From assembly GCF_006345805.1 (NCBI RefSeq), contig NC_043010.1:13578001-13642000 (forward strand): DNA of 64,000 bases. The letters are read 5' to 3'. Numbering within the stretch: position 1 is the first letter of the stretch; each line of letters opens with the position of its first letter. Positions 1 through 11,087 of this stretch are shown piece after piece. Both the position numbers and the translations under genes were made by a program. The stretch is from Octopus sinensis (taxonomy: Eukaryota). Under the pieces are notes generated by a model. The model saw only the letters and a program-made list of their open reading frames with translations. It did no database searches and had not been told where the DNA came from.

Positions 1-1339
1 GCTCGCACCAATTCCAGACTCACTCTTACCACTTTGAGTAAGAACTATCAAATTCGCTGTCAAACAGGCAAATTGTGATTAAGTCGACCGAAATATAAAT
101 AGTATTCATTTTTAAAAATTTAATCTAAGAAAATCTATTTGCTTTAAATATTTTTCTTTTTTTTTTTTATATTTTTAGAAAAAGAAAATATTTCCCCAGA
201 AAAAATGTTAAAATTGTTTAAATTTAAAGTGAAGAATTAATATTTAAAAAGTTTCTCTTTACAATCACAAAAATGTGCTGGAATTAAATTGAAATTTTTT
301 TAAATATTTAGCTTGACATCTTTTGATCTTTGATGCTTACTTTCCTTTTGCACAAAAGTAATACCTGTCTTGTATTAAAAGTTTTCTTTCTAAACCGGGA
401 AATAAGAAATCAGCGATTGTCATGGTTATGAAAAAAAATGAAATAAAAAGTTTAAAATTTCTTTATTTTGTTTTTAATTTGCTTTCTGGTTATCCTTGAT
501 TACAACTCTAACGAAGTAAACTTACTAACTACTTAAATAATATCAAATTTATTTGTAAATATTGTGACATTCGGATTTTACCTATTTCTTTCATAACACC
601 CTTCTTTTAAATTAATTAAAATAATAAGCAGCACACACCTTCTATTTACCTGTATTCGTTAATTTGATCTTTTTCTAAATCACTTTTCATTATTTTGCTT
701 ATAGATTATATTAACAAATCCAATATGCCTCTACGGGCCATATTCAAAAGCTGTCGTATTTTTGTGAGAAACCTGTGTAAGGTTTAATAATTTTATACTT
801 CTCGATAAAATCTAGTTTAAAACTGTTGCGTATTATAACATGTTTTGGTTTACTGTCATATTACATAATAATACCAGTGTGGGATCCAAACCTCATTTGT
901 CACATTACCTTCCACTGGTTGTTACATCAAAGCAGTACCTTGGTAGATATTTTGCGAAGTGACCATACACTTCTCTTCAATTACCCTCAGAAGTTAAAGA
1001 TTCTTTACTAGTAATAACTATTATCATTTTTTTTTGTGTAATACTACTTTTCATTAGGTATATCTATATTAGTCACCAACCACTTACGATCGGTTTAAAA
1101 TGATGCAGTGTTCAATTGACACCAAATATTAGTGTAACAACTTTCCCTACAAGTGATTAAAACCTGAAACGAAAACATTGAAGCAAGGCAGATAATTCCA
1201 ATATCAGCCAAGCGGAATGTTTTAGTAGTTAAAGATGAGGATATCAGAGTGGATCTTGTCTTTAAAGGTTATTAATCTCATTGTGAGATCGTACCGTATG
1301 TGTATATATATATTTTTTTAACGTAGAACGCTCCACGGA

Positions 1340-1680
1340 TATTTCCCTTCGGCCATATTGTTGAGGTTCTTAACCAGTATCGTTGTATGGGAGGTCACAG
1401 CTTCGGAACTACGGGCAGGTGATTAGAATGTCGCAGGAAACAGTCAGTCGCAATCGGGATTCTTCGAACCGAACCAGCCGGCTGGAGAGACCTACTGGTA
1501 GACCGACCAAGAATGAGATGGTTGGATAATATCCAAAGCTTTCAGTTGGTCGCGCTTGGAACTCCGGACGGAAAGAGGAATGACGGTTGCTTCTGATTAA
1601 GACCGTATGGAGGAGGTGATTGGAGTTCTCTATTCCACAAGCCTCCCAAGGATATCGGGCGTTGAAGATGTGTGTGTGTG
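1340..1680 (+). mobile_element. Degraded RTE-like LINE 3' end (ORF2 C-terminus)
   Basis: Frameshifted translation RSQLRNYGQVIRM...ILRTEPAGWR/RPTGRP/RMRWLDNIQ matches the RxxLRWxGHVxRM...RPxGRPRxRWxD motif; ends in (TG)n. Confidence 0.75.
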
Positions 1681-2267
1681 TACTAATCATTTGTGCCAAC
1701 TGAGCACAAGATATTTCGCTGAGGTCTAATAAGATCGAAACATATCTGTTACTTTTTACCATTCAGCTTTAAAGACAAGATCCATTCTCATCTAATTTGT
1801 CATTGTTTTGGTTGATATTATTAAAGTTATCTCCCTTATATATGTGTGTGTGTGTGTGTAATATTTTAAACACTCTTAAGGTCAGTTTTTCCCTACCAAT
1901 TTCAGGGATAGTTTCAGTTCACCGGAATTTTCCAGTTCACTGTTACATAAGTGGGACCCTACCGTATCTCTAAAGTTACATTGCCCATAGAGCCAGGGTA
2001 AAGTCAGCTGGTACACTAAGCATAGCACAGCTCGACAAGGTGCTCCTTCGACCATTCCTTTGACAAGACAGTGACATAGGAGCTGAATATGTAACTCACT
2101 TTTCTTTCAAACCAAATCCTACAATTACATTATAATTAACCTGTTTTATTAATTATTTGTAAAATTTTATTTATAATTTGCAAAAATATATAAATAAAAG
2201 TATATGCATGTAGTGAACGTAGGTAGCTTACTTAGTCGGAATAAGCTCCGCATCTTCATCGTTCTAG

Positions 2268-2670
2268 GGTGGAGGTGATGTCTGTGGGAGAATACAATGT
2301 CGATTTGGCAAGCACCCCGATTCTGGTGGCCCTAATGGAATAGATCTAATTATAAAACGTGCATTAGCCGAAGTAAAGTTCCTCTCAATTTTCGAACCAA
2401 TAAATAGGGGCCTCATATGGGAACCCACTGTTACATATTCTTTCGCTCCATCATGCACCTTAAATGCTGCGTTAGAGCTGAGATTGAACGGAACAAGACC
2501 CCGAAATACTGTAATTTGTAGGTGAATTTTATTTCTCGACCTTTGGCGTTCGAAATTTTGTCTTTGTTAACGTCTCAGCTTACCAAACAACCGTGTGATC
2601 CTCGTAGGGGCGCATAGCTGTTTCAGGTGGATCGTGGAGATATTCTGAAGTTTAAGGGTTGCCTTATAAT
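2268..2670 (+). mobile_element. Degraded RLE-type (CRE-like) non-LTR retrotransposon C-terminal fragment
   Basis: Two frames give DLIIKRALAEVKFLSIFEP..RGLIWEPTVTYSFAPS and ERNKTPKYCNL*VNFISRPLAFEIL..DPRRGA*LFQ..RGDILKFKGCL, resembling the NDIIxRAL..EP..LxWDxT..AExxKxxKY..PLAFETLG..DPRE..LFQR..RGN motif series. Confidence 0.65.
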
Positions 2671-2745
2671 TTTTTTCAAGAGAAATACTAGTATATCTAT
2701 CCTCGTTTATCACGAGAAAAGGATTCGCTCTGAAAACACAGTAAG

Positions 2746-3130
2746 TTAATCATCTTCACGTACTTTGTTAACGGAACGAATAGTAGATTTGTTAACCACC
2801 AAATCGTGGCCCACGGCAGCGAAGCTTCCACCGTCACAGATTTTCTTGGTCACCTCTACATTTTCCTGTAGAGAATATACTCGCCTGCATTGTTTGTTAA
2901 CATCAGGCACCTTCGTATTCATTCTGTTCACCGATCCTATGTTGATGGGTACGAGTATATAAATCTGTATTTAAAAAAAAAAAGCACAGAAAAAAAAATG
3001 ACTTCACAGCACAGTCGTGTAAACACAAAGGATAATCAGTGCATTTTAGTTAGCTGAGCATTGTGAGCGGTCGCTTGGGCGCCGTTTTGCGGTACAAGCG
3101 GAAAATTCGTTTGATCGCCGACCTGTGTTA
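2746..3130 (-). mobile_element. Tigger/pogo-like transposon 5' fragment (CENP-B/psq HTH)
   Basis: ORF 2746-2931 RRVYSLQENVEVTKKICDGGSFAAVGHDLVVNKSTIRSVNK resembles the pogo N-terminal HTH; possible CAGG-starting TIR near 3125. Confidence 0.55.
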
Positions 3131-3398
3131 TCATTATCAATGTGTGACAAGCGTAACATGGTTCTCAATTGAGCGTATAATGAAACTTAATGCATTCCCT
3201 ATTTTAGTGTGTCAATCAGAAAATGTGTTTGCATTTGACACATGTTTATTGTTATTTATTTAACACCAAATAGCAGTAAGCGCTTTAAGCAAATTATTTA
3301 TAACTAAGACGACAAAAAGCAATTCAAACTTTCAACATTTTTTTTTCATTCGGAATTTTTTAATCCCGCTAAAATCTAATTTGCACCTTGATAAATCT

Positions 3399-3788
3399 GG
3401 CACTGGAAAAAAATGTGGTAGGTGTGTTGCTTCCCAACCACATGGTTCCAGGTTCAGTCCCACTGCGAGGCATCTTGGGCAAGTGTCTTCTGCTATAACC
3501 CCGGGCCAACCAAAGCCTTGTGAGTGGATTTGGTAGGCGGAAACTGAAAGAAGCTTGTCGTGTGTGTGTGTGTTTATATTTGTCTCTACCCCGATGATCA
3601 TCGCTTGACAATGGGTGTTGATTTGTTTACGTCCCAGTTACTTAGCAGTTCGGCAAAAGAGAAACCGACAATAAGTACCAGGATTTTTTGTTAAATGAGT
3701 ACTGGTGTCGATTCGTTCAACTAAAACTCTTCAAAGCGATCGCAGCAGCATGTGTCGAATTACTGAAACAAGTAAACGGTAAAAGATA
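3399..3788 (+). mobile_element. SINE family A (tRNA-derived, ~400 bp), diverged
   Basis: Shares CCACATGGTTCCxGGTTCAGTCCCACTGC head and TGACTGAAACAAGTAAA tail with ~20 other copies in the window. Confidence 0.85.
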
Positions 3789-4019
3789 CCCGCCCTCTTT
3801 CTGCTGATACCCGCATTGCTGCTGTTAAATGGTTCATCTGGCTCTGATTACCTGAATCAAAAGTTTCCAACTAGAGTTGGAAAAATGTCAGACTGTATTA
3901 AAAAAAGATTTTTTTTTAAATAGCAAGCTGAGGAGAGAGTGAGAAAATGCACCCAGGGTATAGTAGAGTTTGTTTTGAGACTAATATATTCTCTGTTGAA
4001 CTAAAGTAAGAATATCTTA

Positions 4020-5100
4020 CTACTTGTACTAGCGGTGGTAGTCATCCGGGGTGAGTTGAGCCGGCTCCCACCGACGTGTTCACCCCGTCCCTCACGAATG
4101 CTCATCACATCCGACAGACAAATGCTTCACTGGGAGAGCAAGCGCGTCGGACAGCGCGAACGTCGTGGCCGTCATCATCATCATTGTTCGACCGTGGTCG
4201 AGACAATGGAATTTACCATGCTACGCCAGACTTCACGGTCCATCATGGCATTACGGAGGTCCTGTTGCTGGATGCCTATATCCCTGGAGATTACATCAGG
4301 GTAGGAGAGTGTGCAGCCTCTGGTGTCGCGACCGTGGTCGAGACAATGGAATTTACCATGCTACGCCAGACTTCATGGTCCATCATGGCATTACGGAGGT
4401 CCTGTTGCTGGATGCCTGTATCCCTGGAGATTACATCAGGGTAGGAGAGTGTGCACCCTCTGGTATCGCAAGTAGATGGCTTCCAGAGGAGAAGAGTAGA
4501 AATTACCTCTTTTTCAGCTCTACAACAATGTCCAGCAAACTGGACTCTCCTACCTTTCACAAGAGATGACACAGGTGGTAGTTTCCCATATATTTGCATT
4601 TTGGTTGGATGGCGCTTCCACGAGAGATTTTGAGCTCTCATAAGGAGGCGAGTATAGGTTCCATCCAACCGTCTCTCAAGCTTCTTTGATAACGTCCAGG
4701 TTTCTGAGCCATATAGTAGAATTGGTTCGACTATGGCTTTGAAGATTTTAAGTTTGAAATCTCCACTTAGATTTGATGACCAGATCTTATGCATGTGGCC
4801 GTAGTTGTCATTCGCTGTTGAGGTGTAGAGTTCATGTTCGGAATTTCAGCGGGAATACACGTTCACATGTTGTCCCTGGTCACATGTATACACACTTTGA
4901 GATTGTGTGATCCGTAGCAGCTCATCATGCTGTCGATTTTTGACCGTCGCAGAGGATTCGCTGACCAAGTCACTGCCAGTTATCGGAGCAGATGCAGCCT
5001 GGATTTGCAGCGAGTTCTAGAGACATGCTTTAACAAAAGCTAAGGAGTGCCTCACTCCCAGTTGTCTCCCAACCCGCCTGACACCAACCCGGAATTTCTG
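4020..5100 (-). mobile_element. Older RTE LINE 3' fragment, split by a nested LINE
   Basis: Joined halves read ..TPQQRM/NYGHDVRA..AFVRDGVNTSVGAGSTHPG*LPPLVQV; same 3' end type as the element at 45791. Confidence 0.7.
4173..4794 (-). mobile_element. 5'-truncated RTE/RTEX-like LINE with 8-bp TSD and internal 140-bp duplication
   Basis: ORF 4291-4794 KIFKAIVEPILLYGSETWTL..RRVQFAGHCCR; (ATG)n tail; TSD GTGGCCGT at 4165-4172 and 4795-4802. Confidence 0.9.
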
Positions 5101-5289
5101 AGGGCCTGTGATATTGCTAGATAGTCGTAGAACCTACATTAGGCTCATCCGTCCAAGAATATCGTGTAACTTGAGCATTGAGCATTAAGGGTGAAGGGGT
5201 CACAAAAGCACCTTTTTCAAATCAGTAAACGTTGGAATCTTAGTAATTAACATTTCGATAATTATGTACATTTTCCAATTTGATCGGCT

Positions 5290-5825
5290 TTCCCTCGAAA
5301 GGAGCTTTTACGTGGCCGCTTGATCTGTTAGAAACAGCAGCCAAGCATCCCTCTGATTGTATATTACTGTCTTAAATAGCGGATCTTGTAGTCCTAGAAA
5401 GACAGTGGTCTACGGCTGGGTTAACTCTTGGTCGTAGGTGTCCGCTCAATCAGAGATGACTACTCCTGCACCATCAAATGGGGTGGCCACTACACCAAAC
5501 ATAGGCAGCCCGTCTTTTGTTTTTGTTTTTGTTTTTTGTGAAGCGGGCCGCATGAGATACGGTTCATCACCAGGAGGGCCGCACTGCTAACAAATTCTAT
5601 GGAAACTTTACGTTTACGTGTTCCATTCGGAGATTCTCGCAGTTTGTCCATGGCTGCTCTGCACAATCACTCGATTGCTAGAAATAGCATCCAAATTTCG
5701 CTCAAACGATATTGTACCGCTTTGGAACATTACACTGGATAATCGACGGGATGGTCATAGCCTGGACAACTTTTGATGACAGGGCTACTGATTCAGAGTT
5801 GACCTGGGAATAAACAACAATTTTA
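5290..5825 (+). repeat. Two diverged copies of an unclassified interspersed repeat (also ~16300-16360, 28130-28420, 63380-63440)
   Basis: Recurring GCTAGAAATAGCAGCCAAA and GACGGGATGGTCA..GTTGACCTGGG..AAACAACAA motifs. Confidence 0.5.
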
Positions 5826-6220
5826 CTGTGTCACTGAAGGAAAATGACCCCAAGGTAACAGTCTGCATGCTGATTACAAATGTAGCAGGGTCTCACAAGC
5901 CTCGATCAGTTGAGATTATCCGATGAAATTTAATAGATAAAATTTATCCAAAAATGTTTAAAATTTTAAAACAATAATCAGGGGAGATAACTCCCAATAT
6001 TATCAGTTGGTAAAAATTTTAGGTAATATACAGTCGACCAGTGCGCTATGGATTTTTTTTTTCTTTTTTTTGTTTTTGCTTTTAATATATAATTGAAGGC
6101 TATACCGATGTTTGGAGGTGTTGAAAAATGTTTTATACTTAATTTTGTGATACGAAAAATATTTAATTTTTCTAAATTTTTAACTTCAAAGCATTTTCAA
6201 ACTTCCAACGGAAACTACAG

Positions 6221-6273
<53 letters not shown>

Positions 6274-6279
6274 TATATA

Positions 6280-6577
6280 CTAGCAGTATCGCCCGGCGTT
6301 GCTCGGGTTTGTAAGGGAAATAACTATATAAGCATTTTTAGAGAGTTATAGCCAAAAAATAGCAAAAAAAATGCATTAAAAATGGAAAAAAAAATTATGG
6401 TAAATTTTTTCTAAATCGTAGACTCATCGTAGACGTGCGCTAATACCCAGAAGGGCTCGATATGAATCACGACTATAAGATACCCGGTTTTGGTTAAACT
6501 GCACAGCAAAATGTGGGAGTAGTTAGGAATCTAAATCGTAGGAGACAGACACACAACTTCTCTTTTATATATAAATA
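6280..6577 (-). mobile_element. Non-autonomous Helitron in a (TA)n tract
   Basis: 3' CTAG at 6280-6283 with CCCGAGCAACGCCGGG subterminal hairpin; same family as 12473, 13061, 37537; 5' TC appears mutated. Confidence 0.8.
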
Positions 6578-6598
6578 TATATATATATATTATATATA

Positions 6599-6638
<40 letters not shown>

Positions 6639-6648
6639 AAAAATATAT

Positions 6649-6963
6649 ATATAAATACAAAATGGGATAAGAACGCAAAACACTCAAATAGATGACACAA
6701 AAAACGGACGGGTCATTCGAAGCCTCCAATCTTCAGTCAAGAACCGGATCATCCTCGCAATTTCGGCTGATTAATCTTGAGATCGCTCCGATCCGGCCAA
6801 CCCCAAGGAAAAACTGAGCTACGGGCATTAGATTTCTTGGAAAAAGGATCGAATGTATACGAAACAAGGACAGAAAAACGGACGTAGAGGCTTCGAATGA
6901 CCCCTCCGTTTTTTGTGTCATCTATTTGTGTGTTTTGCGTCCTTGTCCCATGTTGTATTTATA
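6649..6963. mobile_element. Foldback element with ~77-bp imperfect inverted arms (MITE or Penelope-like remnant)
   Basis: 6649-6726 is the reverse complement of 6887-6963; related single-orientation copy at ~21975-22140. Confidence 0.7.
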
Positions 6964-7008
6964 CATATTTTTTATACATATATTATTGCGGCGTAACGTA
7001 CATTTTGT

Positions 7009-7057
<49 letters not shown>

Positions 7058-7088
7058 ATCAAAATAAAAACATGATGCCAAGGATTCA

Positions 7089-7166
7089 GCGGTACATATG
7101 TTTCGGGCCTTTATTAGACAGATTTATAACAATGCATAATGTATGTCTGTGGCCTTCTTCAGCCGC
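7089..7166 (-). ncRNA. Candidate type I hammerhead ribozyme, canonical core
   Basis: GCGG CUGAAGA A GGCC..(long stem II)..GGCC C GAAA CAUAUG UA CCGC; stem I 4 bp, palindromic stem III, GUA triplet. Confidence 0.6.
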
Positions 7167-7245
7167 GCACAACAGCTTTCACAAGGACACCTACACCACC
7201 AAACGGTATACACAGGTGCTTATAATTATCAAGTACTCACCCCGA

Positions 7246-7301
<56 letters not shown>

Positions 7302-7520
7302 ATTGTTAAATTAGCGTACCACGGAAAGCAGAAAAGAAAAATGTTTAAGAACCACTGATATAAAATGGGGATTGGAATGAATGTGATCATTAGAGTCAAC
7401 TAGTGGAAGTGATGGACATGTTTCAATCGTGTTAGACCTCGTCAGCGAAGTACGTTTTATTCAGTCGGCAATACTTAGAGTGGTCTATATTATATTTATG
7501 TGTGTGCGTGTGTGTGTAAA

Positions 7521-7719
7521 TGTGACTAAATATGACTAGGGTGTTAGAACACTCACATTGCTAGAAATAAGAGCTAAAAAGCTCTAATGCATATAATTGT
7601 ACACAGTCCCTGTCAGCACATATGTATACAGTTATGTGCTTTAACTACAGCATCAGAGCATTTTAGCTCTTATTTCTAGCATTGTAGGTGTCCTAACACC
7701 CTGGTCTTATTTAGTGACA
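7521..7719. mobile_element. MITE/foldback with ~70-bp inverted arms
   Basis: 7521-7590 pairs with 7650-7719 (TGTGACTAAATATGACTAGGGTGTTAG..GCTAGAAATAAGAGCTAAAA). Confidence 0.75.
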
Positions 7720-7743
7720 AACAATTATAGTTTTCCATTTTGG

Positions 7744-8176
7744 GGATCTTTTCGGTTTGAACGGCAGTTTTTCTAGCGGTGTCATATGAAATTGTCACCC
7801 ATAATTATGACCCTAGTATCGATCTATTGCATATCAATCTGTTTTAGGGTTAGGGTTAGTTAAGGTTAGGGTTAGGGATGGGGGGAAGGGTATCTTTTTT
7901 TCTTCACAAATGTAAATAAACCCAATCTGTTTCTTAAACGAGGGACATATTCATTATGCACAGAATGTTATTTACCTAAATGGACGTCACTGATTGGTTG
8001 AAATTGCAGAAATTGAAGAAAAAGAACAACAAATATCTTACAAACTATAGAATTTTCTCAATGAAGCCAAGAGAAAAAGATGTTTTATAAACACATTCTA
8101 CCAGTATACAAAGTTTAAAAGTGTTTAGTTACGTGGAAATTATTTTTAAAAACTGCCGTTCAAACCGAAAAGATCC
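7744..8176 (+). mobile_element. Non-autonomous DNA transposon, GGATCTTTTCGGTTTGAACGGCAG TIRs, internal TTAGGG repeats
   Basis: TIRs at both ends; 8-bp TSD CATTTTGG. Confidence 0.95.
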
Positions 8177-8280
8177 CATTTTGGTAACACATTGCATACG
8201 GCTGTCTGCATTAATATATATATATATTGTAGAGTCAAGGTTGAGCATTCATTTTCACAGGTATGTGCAGGTTTTATCGT

Positions 8281-8679
8281 TTATCTTTTACTTGTTCCAG
8301 TCATTGGACTGCGGCCATGCTTGGGCACCACCTTGAAGGGTTTTAGTCGAACAAATTAACACCAGTACTTAAGAGTTTTTTTGTTTTGTTGCTTTCTTTT
8401 TAATGCTGGTACTTATTCTATCGCTCTCTCTCTCTCTCTCTTGCCGACCCGCTACCTTACGAGAACGTAAACAAACCAACGCCAGTTATCAAGTGATAAT
8501 AGGAGGGGGTCTTACATACGCACACACACGCGTCGGGTTTCCACGCAGTTTCCGTCTACCAAATCCACTCACAAGGCATTGATCGACCAGGGCTACAATA
8601 GACGACACTTGCCCAAGGTGCCGCACAATAGGACTGAACCCAAAACCTTGTGGTTGTAAAGTTCACTTCTTAAACATAC
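8281..8679 (-). mobile_element. SINE family A, diverged, head interrupted by MITE
   Basis: Family A body and tail motifs on the minus strand. Confidence 0.8.
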
Positions 8680-9317
8680 GGATCTTTTCCTTTTGAACGG
8701 CAGACAATTTCTAGTTAACTAAAAACTTTAAAACTTCGTATACTGGTAGAATGTGTCAAAATAAAACATTTTTTTCTCTTGGCTTTCTTGAGAAAATTGT
8801 AATTTGTTTGTTTAACGTAGTTTAATTTTTCGAATTTTAACCAATCCTATGCTCTCTTTTGAACTGAAATCATTTGCTGCGTCTAAAACTGAGACAACAT
8901 CCTGTAACTAACTTTAAACCTCCCCCCTAACCCTAACCCTAAATTTTTTTTCCTTAATTGTTAAATTAATTTAATTGTTATGCGTGTAAAAAAACTAAAG
9001 CAATGGAATTAAATTAATTTAACAATTAAGAAAAAAAAATTAGGGTTAGGGTTAGGGGGAGGTTTAGGGTTAGTTACAGGATGTTGTCTCAGTTTTAGAC
9101 GCAGCAAATGATTTTAGTTGAATGGAGGTAATCGATTGGTTAAAATTGCCGAAATGCTCGGATTTTCAGACGAAATATCTTACAAACTATTGAATTTTCT
9201 CAATAAAACCAAGAGAAAATGATGTTTTATAAACACATTCTACCAGTATACGAAGTTTAAAAGTGTTTAGTTAACTAGAAATTGTGTTGACATCTGCCGT
9301 TCAAAAGGAAAAGATCC
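8680..9317. mobile_element. Foldback relative of the GGATCTTTT family with ~300-bp TIRs
   Basis: Same termini; TSD AAACATAC; arms mirror each other, each with TTAGGG/CCCTAA runs. Confidence 0.9.
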
Positions 9318-9667
9318 AAACATACTTCTTAACCATACCAATGTTACATGTGAGTCACTAATGTAAGTTGGAAAGAATGTCTCCTATATGTAACATATTC
9401 GAATTGTAACATAATGTGTGTTGTTAGCATTTTTTAAAGACAGTTCATTGAAAGAATCTATTTTCAACAGTTTCTTAAAGAGGCGTGAATAAAGAATATT
9501 CAGAAGGCAAGTTTATAAAACAAAAACATTGAAATTTATTCAGTAGTGTAATGGGTGTTAGCAAGTGGTAACAAGGATTAATTTGGGAACCAAATATATG
9601 TGTACGCAAGACAGGAAAAATCACATGATTTACTATATACACTGTGGTTTATATTAAGCAGAGTGAA

Positions 9668-10298
9668 GGCGGCGAACTGGCAGAAACGTTAGCACGCCAG
9701 GCGAAATGCGTAGCCGTATTTCGTCTGCCGCTACGTTCTGAGTTCAAATTCCGCCGAGGTCGACTTTGCCTTTCATCCTTTCGGCGTCGATAAATTAAGT
9801 AACAGTTACGCACTGGGGTCGATGTAATCGACTTAATTCGTTTATCTGTCCTTGTTTGTCTCCTCTGTGTTTAACCCCTTGTGGGTTGTAAAGAAATACG
9901 TATTTCGTCTGCTGTTATGTCCTGAGTTCAAATTCCGCCGAGGTCGACTTTGCCTTTCATCCTTTTGGGGTCGATAAATTAAGTACCAGTTATGCACTGG
10001 GGTCGATGTAATCGACTTAATCCGTTTGTCCGTTTCGTTTGTCCCTTCTGTGTGTAGCCCCTTGTGGGTAGTAAAGAAATAAGAAACGTTAGCACGCTGG
10101 GCGAAATGCGTAGCCGTGTTTCGTGTGCCGCTACGTTCTGAGTTCTAATTCCGCCGAGGTCGACTTTGCCTTTCATCCTTTCGGCGTCGATAAATTAAGT
10201 ACCAGTTACGCACTGGGGTCGATGTAATCGACTTAATTCGTTTGTCTGTCCTTGTTTGTCCCCTCTGTGTGTAGCCCCTTGTGGGTAATAAAGAAACA
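9668..10298 (+). mobile_element. SINE family B trimer
   Basis: Three GCCTTTCATCCTTTCGGxGTCGATAAATTAAGTAC bodies with AAAGAAAT tails; outer 18-bp TSD TATATTAAGCAGAGTGAA (9650-9667, 10299-10316). Confidence 0.95.
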
Positions 10299-10677
10299 TA
10301 TATTAAGCAGAGTGAAAGCTGATATTAATCAAATGAGTTGCGTATAGTTGATGGTGGACACAGAAAATGTGACATGTCGAAGAAAGCGATGTTGCCTCTA
10401 TGCCGTCAAATCCGTAACTGGTTTGAAACTGCCGCTTCGCTGTTGTAGTGAGTTTCTTCCATCTAGGGCAGATCACTACCGTTTTATTCATACGCCTCCA
10501 GCTCTGATTGGCTGGAATCTTCCACGGCACAACTGAACTATGCCACAGCAACAAAATAGATTTTTCCTGTCTCGCTACACTACCCCACTGCAGACTTTAA
10601 GTCGATACAAACAAGAAAAAGGAAGGATTAAAAAAATGTAAAGCAAAGGAAGTAAAAATAACAATACAAAATATTCC

Positions 10678-11087
10678 GGATCTTTTCGGTTTGAACGGCA
10701 GTTTTTTCTAGCGGTGTCATATGAAATTGTCACCCATAATTATGACCCTAGAATCGATCTATTGCATTTCAATCTCTTTTAAGGTTAGGGGTGGGGGAAG
10801 GGTATCTTTTTTTTGTTCACAAATGTAAATAAACCCAATCTGTTTCTTAAACGAGGGGCATATTCACACGGCACAGAATGCTTTTTACCTCAATAGACGT
10901 CATTGATTGGTTGAAATTGCAGAAATTGAAGAAAAAAACAACAAATATCTTACAAACTATAGAATTTTCTCAATAAAGCCAAGAGAAAAAGATGTTTTAT
11001 AAACACATTCTACCAGTATACGATGTTTAAAATTTTTTAGTTACCTAGAAATTATGTTAAAAACTGTCGTTCAAACCGAAAAGATCC
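10678..11087 (+). mobile_element. GGATCTTTT-TIR MITE
   Basis: TIRs; TSD AATATTCC. Confidence 0.95.

Noticed and set aside
1249-1786. 18-bp inverted repeat TGGATCTTGTCTTTAAAG flanking the LINE fragment
   Set aside because: Short, no TSD; could be a MITE end or chance pieces of a common repeat
6700-6740. CUGAAGA..GAAUGAC motif in the 6649 foldback and its 22070 relative
   Set aside because: Lacks A15.1 and an NUH triplet with stem I; at most a distant PLE relic
7845-7880. Telomere or chromosome-fusion scar (TTAGGG)n, also 56171-56190
   Set aside because: Only 2-4 units, mostly internal to a MITE family
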